Positions 19,447-29,581 of a DNA stretch of 64,000 nucleotides are shown piece after piece (the stretch's first letter is position 1; the number at the start of each line of letters is the position of its first letter). The stretch comes from an uncultured Acidobacteriaceae bacterium (GTDB lineage: Bacteria; Acidobacteriota; Terriglobia; Terriglobales; Acidobacteriaceae). Under the pieces are notes generated by a model. It searched no databases. It was not told the origin of the DNA and saw only the letters and a list, made by a program, of their open reading frames with translations. Location: assembly GCA_963787905.1 (NCBI GenBank), contig CAWBFL010000107.1, forward strand, positions 931 through 64,930. Reading direction: 5' to 3'. A program made the translations under genes and the position numbers.

Positions 19447-21003
19447 TTAGTTGAAGCCCCGGCGGGTGCGGCTCTTGGCGTAGTCGTCGCGTTCCAGTTC
19501 GCGATCGCGAATCTTCTCGGCGTAACGCGCAGCTTCGTCGTTGCGCGCCTTCTTCTCGCCGGCAGAGAAGCTGCGCTCTTCCGTTCGGCTCAGGCGCTTG
19601 TGCGCGTACATCCCTTCCAGCAGAAACTCCGCCGCGCTGACCGCAACCTCCGGCTTCGACTTCGCATTGATCTCGAGCGGCGCGAGCTTTTCGAGCAACC
19701 CCTGGATCTGCTGTAACTCGGCCAGCGATCCGGCCGACGGCTGCGCATCGTTCAGTTGCACCGTGCCGCCCAGGTTGAACCATTGCTCGATCTGCTGGGT
19801 GTTGGTGTCCTTGAAATACAAGTCGAACACTTGCGCGACGGCCGTGCGAATGATCTCCCGAACCACCGTGTCCGCCCCGCGCATCTCGCCTTCATATTCC
19901 AACTCAATCTTGCCGGTGATGCCGGGCAGCGCCGCATAGATGTCTCCTACCCGCGCCACTACCAGATCTTCGCCATGGATGAGAGCACGCCGCTCAGCGT
20001 TGGAAACCACCAGTTCCATGGTGGTGATCGGCAGCCGCTGCGACACGCCCGAGCGCTTGTCCACCTTCTTGTCCTCGCGCGCCGAGAACGCGATCTGCTC
20101 CACCACCTGGCGCACGTAGTGGGGAATCTCGATGCGGCCCTTGCCCGGCTTCGCCTGCTTGGAGTCGCGCGCCGTCCACGCCTCCTGCTTGGTGATGCGG
20201 ATGCCTTCCTCGATGCTCTCCGGATAGTGGGTGCGGATCTCCGAGCCGATGCGGTCCTTCAGCGGCGTCACGATCTTGCCGCGCGCGGTGTAGTCCTCCG
20301 GGTTCGCCGAAAACACAATCGCCACGTCCAGCGGCAGACGCACCGGGTAGCCCTTAATCTGCACATCGCCTTCCTGCATGATGTTGAACAGCGCCACCTG
20401 GATCTTCCCCGCCAGGTCGGGCAGTTCGTTGATGGCAAAGATGCCGCGGTTGGCGCGGGGCAACAACCCGTAATGCATGGTCAGTTCGGAGCCCAGGTCC
20501 TGGTTGGAGCGCGCCGCCTTGATTGGGTCGATATCGCCCACCAGATCGGCCACGGTCACGTCCGGCGTGGCCAGCTTCTCCACGTAGCGGTCGTCCGGCG
20601 ACATCCACGCGATCGGCGTCTCGTCGCCCAGCTTCGAAACCAGGTCGCGCGCAAACTTCGAGATCGGCGCGTACGGATTGTCGCGCAGCTCGGATCCGGC
20701 AACATACGGCGTCTGCGGGTCCAACAGCGTCGTCAGGGCGCGCAGAATCCGCGACTTGGCCTGCCCGCGCAGCCCCAGCAGGATGAAATTGTGGCGCGAA
20801 AGCACCGCATTCACCAGCTGCGGAACCACCGTGTCCTCGTACCCGACAATCCCGGGAAACAGCGGTTCATCCGCCCCCGACGTCGCCCTCAGCCGGGCGA
20901 TCAAGTTCTCGCGCAGCTCGTCTTTGACCGAGCGGCCAACCCGGGCTGGAGTGAATTCGCTTGCGCGCAGTGCGCCGAGAGTCGTTGGGAGGGCGTTTGC
21001 CAT
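19447..21003 (-). CDS. ChlI/MoxR-like AAA+ ATPase (magnesium chelatase-like family)
   Basis: LGLRGQAKS Walker-A variant, RANRGIFAINELPDL, SANPEDYT, LKDRIGS. Confidence 0.9.
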   Translation of the reverse strand: MANALPTTLGALRASEFTPARVGRSVKDELRENLIARLRATSGADEPLFPGIVGYEDTVVPQLVNAVLSRHNFILLGLRGQAKSRILRALTTLLDPQTPYVAGSELRDNPYAPISKFARDLVSKLGDETPIAWMSPDDRYVEKLATPDVTVADLVGDIDPIKAARSNQDLGSELTMHYGLLPRANRGIFAINELPDLAGKIQVALFNIMQEGDVQIKGYPVRLPLDVAIVFSANPEDYTARGKIVTPLKDRIGSEIRTHYPESIEEGIRITKQEAWTARDSKQAKPGKGRIEIPHYVRQVVEQIAFSAREDKKVDKRSGVSQRLPITTMELVVSNAERRALIHGEDLVVARVGDIYAALPGITGKIELEYEGEMRGADTVVREIIRTAVAQVFDLYFKDTNTQQIEQWFNLGGTVQLNDAQPSAGSLAELQQIQGLLEKLAPLEINAKSKPEVAVSAAEFLLEGMYAHKRLSRTEERSFSAGEKKARNDEAARYAEKIRDRELERDDYAKSRTRRGFN

Positions 21004-21184
21004 GCCTAAGTATAGATGTTCAGTGGACGCGCGCGATGCAGCGCTGCCGGCAGCAACCAGAGTCCGCGGCTGCCGCGGTACTCCCACGGACCAAAGGCCA
21101 TTCTCGCGCAGTGACCGCGAGCACACGTGAAATCTTGTGATTACAGGTTCCCATCGCGCGCAAAAGAACTTATTCTTGTTGCAT

Positions 21185-22393
21185 ATGCCCAAGCTATCGA
21201 TTCGAGATTTGGATCTTGCCCACAAGCGCGTGCTCATCCGCGTTGACTTCAACGTCCCGCTGAAGGACGGCCTCATCACCGATGACACTCGCATCCGGGA
21301 GACCCTTCCTACCATCGAGTACGCGCTGCGCCATAAGGCCAAGGTCATTCTTTGTTCGCATCTCGGCCGCCCCAAGGGCAAGCCGGTCGAGTCCATGAGC
21401 CTCCGCCCGCTGGTCGCCCGTCTGCGCCAGTTGCTCGAGCAGGTGCTCAACGTGTCGGAAAACGTCGCCTTCTCGCCCGATTGTGTCGGCGATATCGCGC
21501 TGGAAATGTCTCAGCAGCTTGAGTCCGGGCAGACCCTGCTGCTGGAAAACCTCCGCTTCCACCCGGAAGAGGAAGCCAACGATCCGGCCTTCGCCAGGAA
21601 GCTCGCCGCGCTGTGCGACCTCTACGTCAACGACGCCTTCGGCAGCGCGCACCGCGCCCACGCCTCCACCGAGGGCATCACCCACTTCGTCTCCAAATCC
21701 GCCGCCGGCCTGCTGATGGAGAAGGAACTCAACTTCCTCGGCAAGGTCCTGACCGAACCTGACCGTCCCTTCGTCGCCATCATCGGCGGCTCCAAGATCT
21801 CGGGCAAGATCGACGTCATCGACAACCTGCTGGACAAGGCCGACACTCTGCTGATCGGCGGCGGCATGGCCTACACCTTCCTCAACGCGCTCGGCCAGAG
21901 CACCGGCAAGTCGCTGATCGAAGCCGACAAGATTGATGTTGCTACCGCCGCGCTCGCCAAAGCGAAGGCGAAGGGCGTCAAGCTGCTGCTACCCGTTGAC
22001 CACGTGCTCGCCGACAAGTTCGACGCTACCGCCAAGACCCAGGTCTTCTCGGGCACCGGCCCCTTCCCTGCCGACCTGATGGCGCTCGACATCGGCCCCG
22101 CCACCATCGACCTATTCGCCGCCGAAATCGCCGAAGCTCGCACCATCCTGTGGAACGGCCCCATGGGCGTCTTCGAACTGGCGCCCTTCGCCCACGGCAC
22201 CAACGCCATCGCCAATGTCGTCGCCGCCAACCACGACGCCACCAGCATCGTCGGCGGCGGAGACTCGGTCGCCGCGGTGCATCAGGCCGGCGTGGCCGAC
22301 AAAATCACCCACATCTCCACCGGTGGCGGGGCATCCCTCGAATTCCTCGAAGGCAAAGTCCTCCCCGGCGTCGCCGCGCTCACGGATAAGTAA
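21185..22393 (+). CDS. pgk: Phosphoglycerate kinase
   Basis: [59 protein letters not shown]. Confidence 0.98.
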   Translation: MPKLSIRDLDLAHKRVLIRVDFNVPLKDGLITDDTRIRETLPTIEYALRHKAKVILCSHLGRPKGKPVESMSLRPLVARLRQLLEQVLNVSENVAFSPDCVGDIALEMSQQLESGQTLLLENLRFHPEEEANDPAFARKLAALCDLYVNDAFGSAHRAHASTEGITHFVSKSAAGLLMEKELNFLGKVLTEPDRPFVAIIGGSKISGKIDVIDNLLDKADTLLIGGGMAYTFLNALGQSTGKSLIEADKIDVATAALAKAKAKGVKLLLPVDHVLADKFDATAKTQVFSGTGPFPADLMALDIGPATIDLFAAEIAEARTILWNGPMGVFELAPFAHGTNAIANVVAANHDATSIVGGGDSVAAVHQAGVADKITHISTGGGASLEFLEGKVLPGVAALTDK

Positions 22394-22457
22394 GCGGCGT
22401 CGGCTGCTGCCCGGCTCGGTACCAGGCTCAGCGCAGTTTTCTAACGAATGAGTGGCG

Positions 22458-23684
22458 CTACTTGCCGCGCGCCGGCGCATCCGGCAGGTTCCGCCGCCGC
22501 CTGGCTTTGACTTCCGCTCCACCGGCTCAAACCGTCCGCCCACGCCCAGCGAGTACGCGCCGCCGTGGTACTGCATCCGGCTGCCCATGTAACTCGCAAT
22601 CCATACCGCAAATCCCAGCAGATCGCGCAGCGGGTAGATCAGTGTCGGCTTGGCCGCCTCTTCGTCCTCCAGCGCACCCAGCACCACCGCCGCCATCACC
22701 CAGCGGTTGACGCACGTCGCCAGCAACCACAGCAGCCCAATCGCCGGATGGCCCGCCAGCAGGCCCCACGCCAGCCCCAGTACTCCGAACGGCACGGCAT
22801 ACGTCAACCCCGTCCCCAGGTGACCGGCCGGCCGCGACCTCGCGTGCTCTTCATCCAGCGCAGCTGATCGCGGAATGAGCCGCGCAGGCCTTGCGGCAGG
22901 ACCATCAGCCGCACCACATAATTCGCCATGCGCACGCCGAACCCCCGCTCGGCCAGCCGGTTGCCCAGCACAAAATCCTCGGCGTAGTACTGCCCCAGAT
23001 CTTCGTAGCCTCCCGCCTTCTGGAAGGCGCCCCGCCGCAGAATCATACTCACACCCAGCGCAAACCGCGTGCCGCCCTCCAGCATGTCGGCCACCAGGAT
23101 TCCGCCCGACATCTCCACGCTTTTGCCTACTGCGTCCAGCTGCGCTGCCAGTCCTCCCGTGGTTCGCCCGACGTACAGACAGGACGCCAGTTCACGCTGC
23201 GGGTCGGCCAGCTCCTGGACGCACCGCCGCAGGTAATCCCGCGACACCCGCGCATCCGCATCGCTGGTCACCAGCGTGTCGTACTGGGCCGCCTCGCTGA
23301 GCGCCGCCATCGACCACATCTTGGCATTCGGAAACCGCGGCTCGCCGCAGGTCAGGAAGCGCGCTCGCACCTCCGGGTGCTGGGCCGCAATCCGCTTCGC
23401 CATCTGCAGGCCGATGTCAGTCTCGTGGCGCGCGCAGAACAGCAGCTCGAACTCGGGATAGTCCAGATCGAAGAAGCGCCTCAGGTTCTCCTCGAGGTCC
23501 GGCTGGCCCCGTGCAGCGGCTTCAGCACGCTCACCGGCGGCAGAAACTCCACCGGAGCCCGCTCCTCCCTCCGCTTGCGCCGGGCGAATCGCACCGCGCC
23601 TACCAGCACCATCCCGCAATAGATGGCCGACGTCACCGTGCCGGCGAGTGCGCCGTAAAACAGAATCCGCAGAAACAAACTCAT
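22458..23684 (-). CDS. HpnI/ceramide-glucosyltransferase-like GT2, split by several frameshifts (~23510, ~22810-22840; 3' end uncertain)
   Basis: N-terminal TM + PPVSVLKPLHG (23684 frame), LEENLRRFFDLDYPEFE...NAK...SDAD...AEDFVLG...QLRWMKSTR (22804 ORF frame), C-terminal TMs ...RDLLGFAVW (22112 ORF frame). Confidence 0.75.
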
Positions 23685-23832
23685 CGCACCTTTTCAGCCA
23701 ATCATTCTCTTGAACGCCGCGCCCGGCGCCTGCATAACCACCTGTCCAGTTAGAGCATTGCGCCCGCAATCATCGCCAGTCAGCGTGCCTTGCCCGCTTT
23801 GGCCGCGCTCTTGCCCACAACCACCGCATGCT

Positions 23833-24237
23833 TCAGCGGCAGCGGCCTGCCCGCGCCGCCCGCTGCGGCACAATCGCCGGCCGCGGCACCGGCACCAACC
23901 CCGCGCCCGGCTGTTGTTGCTGCATCCGCGACAGCATCTCCGTGCGCACGTAGTCGACGAACCCCTGCATCTGGCGGTTCATCTCCTCCATGCGTTCGCG
24001 CATCTGCAGCACAATCGCAATCCCCGCGATGTTTACGCCCAGGTCGCGTGCCAGGTTCAGGATGAACTCCAGCCGTTCCAGATCCTCGTCGGTATACAGC
24101 CGCGTGTTGCCGTCGCTGCGGCTGGGCAGCAGCAACCCCTCGCGCTCATACAGCCGCAGCGTCTGCGGGTGGATGTCATACATCTCGGCCACTGCCGAGA
24201 TCATGTACGCGCCCTTGCTCTTACGCTTCGTCGCCAT
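23833..24237 (-). CDS. hspR: MerR-family heat-shock repressor, HspR-like
   Basis: YMISAVAEMYDIHPQTLRLYEREGLLLPSRSDGNTRLYT...LGVNIAG; near dnaJ/dnaK. Confidence 0.85.
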   Translation of the reverse strand: MATKRKSKGAYMISAVAEMYDIHPQTLRLYEREGLLLPSRSDGNTRLYTDEDLERLEFILNLARDLGVNIAGIAIVLQMRERMEEMNRQMQGFVDYVRTEMLSRMQQQQPGAGLVPVPRPAIVPQRAARAGRCR

Positions 24238-24319
24238 TCCCTGTGCACCTGCAACAAAGTCTAGTCCGTGACGGCGGGCAAAGGGAATAACCAGGACTCC
24301 GGTTCGCCACGTCCGGCCC

Positions 24320-25146
24320 CTACTGCCGGGCCGCGACCTCGTCCTCAGGCTTCAGCGCCCGCGCCGCAACCACCGGATAGGTACCGTACTCGATCGTCAG
24401 CGTTGCCTCGCCGCCGATCCGTACATGGCTCGACGAGACGTTCTTCGCCGGCAGCCATACGTCCCCGCGCCGCATATAAATCGACTCGAAGCTGGCCCGG
24501 TTAATCCACCACGACGGGTTCTTCGCCGGCTCGCCCTGGATGCGGACCACGGCATAGTCGTCTTCGCTGACCCACACCTTGCCGCGATAGGTGAATTTGT
24601 TGTCCACCTTCGGCGTCACCCGCAGCACCCAGGCGCGCACCGGCCCGCCCGCCGTCGTCACCGTCTCTTCGCCTGCCAACTCGCGCGTCGTAGTTCTCCG
24701 GGCCCAGCGTGGTCTGCATGCGGTTCGATTGCGCCGTCGCCTCCTGCTCGCTCTCCACCAGCCGGCGCAGCACCTTCTCGCAGATGAACTTCGATCCTGA
24801 CTCCGACACGACCGTCAGTTGTTTCCGATCCGGCCGCAAGTAGTCCGCATGCACCTGGATCTCCGCCCGATGCTCGCCACCGGTTCCCGTGTATTCCACC
24901 CGGTAGGTCCGCTCCGACTCGTAATGCTCCAGCGCCGCCGAGCGCTCTTTGTTCTTCTCCAGCAGCCGGGCGACAATCTCGCCGGCGGTCGGGCGCGCCG
25001 GATCTGCATTGGCCGCGCCGCCCGTGCTCACTCGCCGCAACGTTCGCTGAACCGGAAAGGCTCTGTGCCGGCGCGCCTCCCACCCACAACGCGCCCACTG
25101 AGACCATCCCTCCCGCAATCATCACCCGCATCGCAAATTGCCGCAT
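24320..25146 (-). CDS. Secreted hypothetical protein (RseB/LolA-like fold possible), two frameshifts (~25020, ~24680)
   Basis: Signal peptide from MRQFAM; continues YESERTYRVEY...SESGSK...GPENYD, then GEETV...VLRVTPKVDNKFTYRGKVWVSEDDYAVVRIQGEPAKNPSWW. Confidence 0.65.
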
Positions 25147-25261
25147 GGAATCACCTCCGCCCACAGTGATTCCAACATTGCTGCACCATTTTTTGTGCAA
25201 ACACGCAATGGCAAGTACAACATTTCTCGGTGAATGCCGAATCAGTAACGGACCACCGGCG

Positions 25262-26497
25262 CTATACCTCCGCCAGCAGCTCCGCGCGCGGGTCTTCCGG
25301 ATTCAGCTTCGCCAACTCGCGCAGGATCTCCTTCGACCGCTCGTCCTGCACCTTCGGCACTACGATCTTCACCTCGACGATCTCGTCGCCGCGCTTGCCT
25401 TCGTGCGCCGCACTGGGCACGCCTTTCTCGCGCAGCCGCAACTTCTGGCCTGTCTGCGTCCCGGGCGGAATCTTCAACTGCGTCCGCCCGCCGCCGTCGT
25501 GCGTGTCGATCGTCGGCACCTCGATCTTCGCGCCCAGCGCCGCCTCTGCAACCGTAACCGGGACGGTTACATGAATATCGTCGGCCACGCGCGTGAATAC
25601 CGGGTGCGTTCCCACCTTGATGATCAGGTACAGGTCGCCCGCCGCGCCGCCGTCCGTGCCCGCGTTGCCCTTGCCCGCCAGCCGGATCCGCTGGCCGTCG
25701 CGTGTGCCCGGCTTAATGCGGAACTCCAGCGGCTCCCGGCGCGTCACCACGCCTTCGCCGTCGCAGGTCGGGCAGCCGTTCTGGATCTTGCCGGTGCCGT
25801 TGCAGCGCGGACACTGAATGTTGAACTTCATCCGTCCGCCCATCTGCGTCACCTGGCCGCTGCCGTGACACTCCGGGCATTCGACGCTGCCGCCGGTGGT
25901 CGATTTCCCTTTGCACGTAGGGCACGTCTCCTGGCGCTCGATCTCCAGCCGGGCCACGCCGCCGCGCACCGCCGACCAGAAATCCACGCTCACCTGGTAC
26001 TCCAGGTCGGTGCCCGGCCTTGGTCCTTGCGCCTTGCGGCCGCCGGAGAAGATTCCGCCGAAGATGTCCTTGAAGCTTCCGCCAAATCCGCCGCCCGCCG
26101 ACTCTCCGCCGCGTCTGCGTCCGCCTGTCTGAAAATCCGAGAAGTCGAAGCCGCCGAAGTCGAACGGAACCTCCTGCGCGCCGCGGCCCGCGTGTCCGGC
26201 CCCGCCCCCCGGAAAGCCTCCGCCGTATCCGCCCCGCGCCGCAGCCTCCGCCGCCGCAGGATCGATATTGTCCGAATAGAATCCGAGCTGATCGTAAATC
26301 TTGCGTTTCTTCTCGTCGCTCAGAACGTCGTTCGCTTCGGAGATTTCCTTGAACTTTTCCTCGGCTTTCTTGTCGTTCGGATTCACGTCCGGGTGGTACT
26401 TGCGCGCGAGTTTGCGGAACGCCTTGCGGATATCGTCCGCGCTCGCCGTCTTCTTCACCCCCAGCGTGCTGTAATAGTCCTTCGTCTGTGTCGCCAT
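25262..26497 (-). CDS. dnaJ: Molecular chaperone DnaJ
   Basis: J-domain HPD, G/F region, four CxxCxG zinc-finger motifs, C-terminal [12 protein letters not shown]. Confidence 0.95.
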   Translation of the reverse strand: MATQTKDYYSTLGVKKTASADDIRKAFRKLARKYHPDVNPNDKKAEEKFKEISEANDVLSDEKKRKIYDQLGFYSDNIDPAAAEAAARGGYGGGFPGGGAGHAGRGAQEVPFDFGGFDFSDFQTGGRRRGGESAGGGFGGSFKDIFGGIFSGGRKAQGPRPGTDLEYQVSVDFWSAVRGGVARLEIERQETCPTCKGKSTTGGSVECPECHGSGQVTQMGGRMKFNIQCPRCNGTGKIQNGCPTCDGEGVVTRREPLEFRIKPGTRDGQRIRLAGKGNAGTDGGAAGDLYLIIKVGTHPVFTRVADDIHVTVPVTVAEAALGAKIEVPTIDTHDGGGRTQLKIPPGTQTGQKLRLREKGVPSAAHEGKRGDEIVEVKIVVPKVQDERSKEILRELAKLNPEDPRAELLAEV

Positions 26498-26539
26498 CTA
26501 AACTCTTTCGCCTCGAACAACTGCTCCCATTAGCATTCT

Positions 26540-26573
26540 AAAAAAGGGCACGGCCGAAGCCGCGCCCTTTTTT
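26540..26573 (-). terminator. Intrinsic terminator after the microprotein gene, upstream of dnaJ
   Basis: Minus strand GGGCGCGGC-TTCG-GCCGTGCCC-TTTTTT; a candidate -10 TAGAAT (26540-26535) for dnaJ follows directly. Confidence 0.8.
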
Positions 26574-26612
26574 CAACCGATTCTTCCAGCCTGCTTCGAA
26601 CTGTCCTGCGCC

Positions 26613-26786
26613 TCAGTTCCATACCTGCCGCGCATCGACCGCTTCAATGGAGATGGTCTGGTCCGGCTCCATCTGCCGCATCCGGTTCATAAACTGTTCG
26701 GCCTCTTCCCGCGTGTCGAACATCATCCGGTTGTACAGCCGTCCGGCGCGAACCTGATCGCACCTCCACATGGTCTCCGTCATCAT
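26613..26786 (-). CDS. 57-aa hypothetical microprotein (paralog 1)
   Basis: GGAGGG SD; ungapped 17/57 identity to the 27081-27254 product; followed by terminator. Confidence 0.8.
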   Translation of the reverse strand: MMTETMWRCDQVRAGRLYNRMMFDTREEAEQFMNRMRQMEPDQTISIEAVDARQVWN

Positions 26787-27080
26787 CGTCGTGTGCCCTC
26801 CGGGAATCCGATTGAGTTCCAAGTCGTTGGATAAACTCCGAACCACTGTTCCGGTTCAGTTCCGCCGTCCAGTTCGTGTGTCCAGACTCATTCGCTTCAA
26901 ACCGCGTCGCGGCTGCTCAAAAACGGTTCAGGCCCACAGGGAAAACAGGTTCATCTGGCAATCGATCCTATTTGTCTGATCCACTGTCTCACGTCTGTGA
27001 CGAACTGCACAGCCTATCCGTCACCATTGCCCTGTGGGGAACCCGTCCGAATCCCCCCCCCCCGGCCCATTCCGGCGGCG

Positions 27081-27254
27081 TCAGTTCCACACATGCTGTA
27101 TCGGCATTGGCTCGATCTTGAACACCAGGTCCGGAGACATCCCCGCCAGCTTGCGCGCATACTCCCGCGCCAACTCCTCGGTGCGAAACACGTTCTGCTC
27201 CTTCACCTGGCCGCCAAACCACTGCTCACACTTCCACACCATCTGCTGCGTCAT
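27081..27254 (-). CDS. 57-aa hypothetical microprotein (paralog 2)
   Basis: GGAGGAGG SD; same length and WxCxQ / FxTxExA / MxPD / IE / VWN motifs as paralog 1. Confidence 0.8.
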   Translation of the reverse strand: MTQQMVWKCEQWFGGQVKEQNVFRTEELAREYARKLAGMSPDLVFKIEPMPIQHVWN

Positions 27255-27415
27255 ACCCACCTCCTCCAAAGCCCGAGACCACTTCGCCCGGACCTTGCAC
27301 TGAATACAGCAAGAGCGCTCCAACCGATCCGGCATTCCGCCGGACACAACCGGAGCGCTCCCGTACTGCCAGCTCACGGACTCCTTACCCGCCGCGTCGC
27401 TCGCTCGCTTCCGTC

Positions 27416-29341
27416 TTACTTATCGACGTCGACATACTCCGCGTCGATTACACCTTCGTCCTTCTTTGCTTCTTCCTGCGTGCCCGCTGCGGCGTCGGCC
27501 GGCGGTGCGGCTGCCGCGCCTTCTGCCGGAGCCGCCGCGGCCGCTTTGTACATCGCTTCGGCCAGCTTGTGGCTCGCGCTGGTTAGACTCTCCCGCGAAG
27601 CATTCAGCTCAGCCGCACTCGCGTCGCCTTCCAGCGTCTTCTTGGCTTCGGCCAGCGCGGTTTCCACGTCGGTTTTGTCGCCCGCGGCAACCTTGTCGGC
27701 CGACTCCTTCAGCATCTTCTCGACGTTGTAAACCATCGAGTCGAGTCCGTTGCGAGCCTCTACCTTGTCGCGCTGCTCCTTGTCCTCGGCCGCGTGCGCC
27801 TCGGCGTCCTTCGCCATCCGCTCGACCTCTTCCTTGCTGAGGCCCGAAGAGCTGGTGATGGTGATCTTCGCGTCCTTGTTGGTGGCCTTGTCCTTCGCGG
27901 TCACGTTCAGAATGCCGTTGGCGTCGATGTCGAAGGTCACCTCGATCTGCGGCATCCCGCGCGGGGCCGGCGGAATCCCGCCCAGCTTGAACTTGCCCAG
28001 CGTGCGGTTCTGCGCCGCCATCGGACGCTCGCCCTGCATCACGTGCACCTCGACCTCAGTCTGGTTGTCCGCCGCCGTCGAGAACGTCTCCGTCTTCTTG
28101 GTCGGAATGGTCGTGTTGCGCGCGATCATGCTGGTGGCCACGCCGCCCATCGTCTCGATCGACAGCGTCAGAGGAGTCACATCCAGCAGCAGCAGGTCCT
28201 TCACATCGCCCGCCAGCACGCCCGCCTGGACCGCCGCGCCAATCGCGACGACTTCGTCCGGATTCACGCCCTTGTGCGGCTCCTTGCCGAACAGCTTCTT
28301 CACCAGCTCCTGGATCGCCGGCATTCTGGTCTGTCCGCCGACCAGCACCACTTCGTCGATCTTCGACGCATCGACGCCGGCATCCTTCATCGCCTGCCTG
28401 GACGGCCCAACCGACTTCTGCAGCAGATCGTCCACCAGCGACTCGAGCTTCGCCCGGGTCAAATTGCGCACCAGGTGCTTCGGCCCGCTCGCGTCCGCAG
28501 TGATAAAGGGGAGGTTGATCTCCGACTCCTGCGCCGTCGACAGCTCGATCTTGGCCTTTTCCGCCGCGTCCTTCAACCGCTGCAGCGCCATCTCGTTGCC
28601 CTTGGCGTGCAGATCGAGGCCCGTGTCGGCCTTGAACTCGCTGATCAACCAGTCCACAATCCGCTGATCCAGGTTGTCGCCGCCCAGGTGGGTGTCGCCG
28701 TTGGTCGACTTCACCTCGATCACGCCTTCGCCCACTTCCAGAATCGAAATATCGAACGTTCCGCCGCCGAAGTCATACACGGCAATCGTTTCGTCCTTCT
28801 TCTTGTCCAACCCATAGGCCAGCGCCGCCGCCGTCGGCTCATTCACAATGCGCTTGACGTCCAGGCCTGCAATCTTTCCGGCGTCCTTGGTCGCCTGGCG
28901 CTGCGCGTCGTTGAAGTACGCCGGCACCGTGATGACCGCCTCGGTCACACTCTGGCCCAGGTAATCTTCCGCTGCCTTCTTCAACTTCTGCAGGATCATC
29001 GCCGAGATCTCCGGCGCGGTGTACTCCTTGCCCTGCGCCACTACCGCAACGTTGTCGCCCTTGGCCACAACCTTGTACGGCACCATCTTCATCTCGTCGC
29101 CAACCTCGTTCAGCCGGCGTCCCATGAACCGCTTGATCGAGTACACCGTATTCTCGGGATTGGTGATCGCCTGGCGTTTGGCCACCTGGCCCACCAGCCG
29201 TTCCCCACTCTTCGTAAATGCAACAATCGACGGCGTCGTCCGGCCGCCCTCTTCGTTCGGGATCACCTTCGGCTCGCCGCCTTCCATCACCGCGACGCAG
29301 CTATTGGTCGTGCCCAGATCAATTCCAATAATCTTTCCCAT
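27416..29341 (-). CDS. dnaK: Molecular chaperone DnaK
   Basis: [44 protein letters not shown]; C-terminus DAEYVDVDK. Confidence 0.99.
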   Translation of the reverse strand: MGKIIGIDLGTTNSCVAVMEGGEPKVIPNEEGGRTTPSIVAFTKSGERLVGQVAKRQAITNPENTVYSIKRFMGRRLNEVGDEMKMVPYKVVAKGDNVAVVAQGKEYTAPEISAMILQKLKKAAEDYLGQSVTEAVITVPAYFNDAQRQATKDAGKIAGLDVKRIVNEPTAAALAYGLDKKKDETIAVYDFGGGTFDISILEVGEGVIEVKSTNGDTHLGGDNLDQRIVDWLISEFKADTGLDLHAKGNEMALQRLKDAAEKAKIELSTAQESEINLPFITADASGPKHLVRNLTRAKLESLVDDLLQKSVGPSRQAMKDAGVDASKIDEVVLVGGQTRMPAIQELVKKLFGKEPHKGVNPDEVVAIGAAVQAGVLAGDVKDLLLLDVTPLTLSIETMGGVATSMIARNTTIPTKKTETFSTAADNQTEVEVHVMQGERPMAAQNRTLGKFKLGGIPPAPRGMPQIEVTFDIDANGILNVTAKDKATNKDAKITITSSSGLSKEEVERMAKDAEAHAAEDKEQRDKVEARNGLDSMVYNVEKMLKESADKVAAGDKTDVETALAEAKKTLEGDASAAELNASRESLTSASHKLAEAMYKAAAAAPAEGAAAAPPADAAAGTQEEAKKDEGVIDAEYVDVDK

Positions 29342-29441
29342 AACCCTTCGCTCCTGATACTCCAAAATTTGCTGCTAAACCCTTGAAAAAACTACAAAAA
29401 CTCTCGGCTTGCGCCTGACACCGGACCGGCCGGTAACCCCA

Positions 29442-29470
29442 GTCTCACATATGAGTGAGTTACTGTCAAT
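29442..29470 (-). promoter_or_regulatory. dnaK sigma70-like promoter overlapped by a HAIR-like (HspR) operator
   Basis: TATGAGT-N7-TGTCAAT (29450-29470) resembles HAIR CTTGAGT-N7-ACTCAAG; minus strand reads TTGACA-N17-GAGACT. Confidence 0.55.
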
Positions 29471-29581
29471 CTATCTGATGCACACCATATACCCAGGGAT
29501 GCGTCAATCCCCGCGAATCAACGGACTAAAGTCCGAGAATAAGCCGCCTGCACCCCGCCAGGCTGGCGTAATATTCCGGGT

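Noticed and set aside
19447-21003. True magnesium chelatase or sigma54 activator
   Set aside because: No tetrapyrrole genes nearby, no GAFTGA motif or HTH; pairing with a vWA protein fits a MoxR-like chaperone role.
26790-27080. Possible riboswitch in the long leader of microprotein 1 (CCCACAGGG/CCCTGTGGG inverted repeat)
   Set aside because: No recognisable aptamer consensus, and the inverted repeat spans the presumptive promoter; an Rfam scan would be needed.
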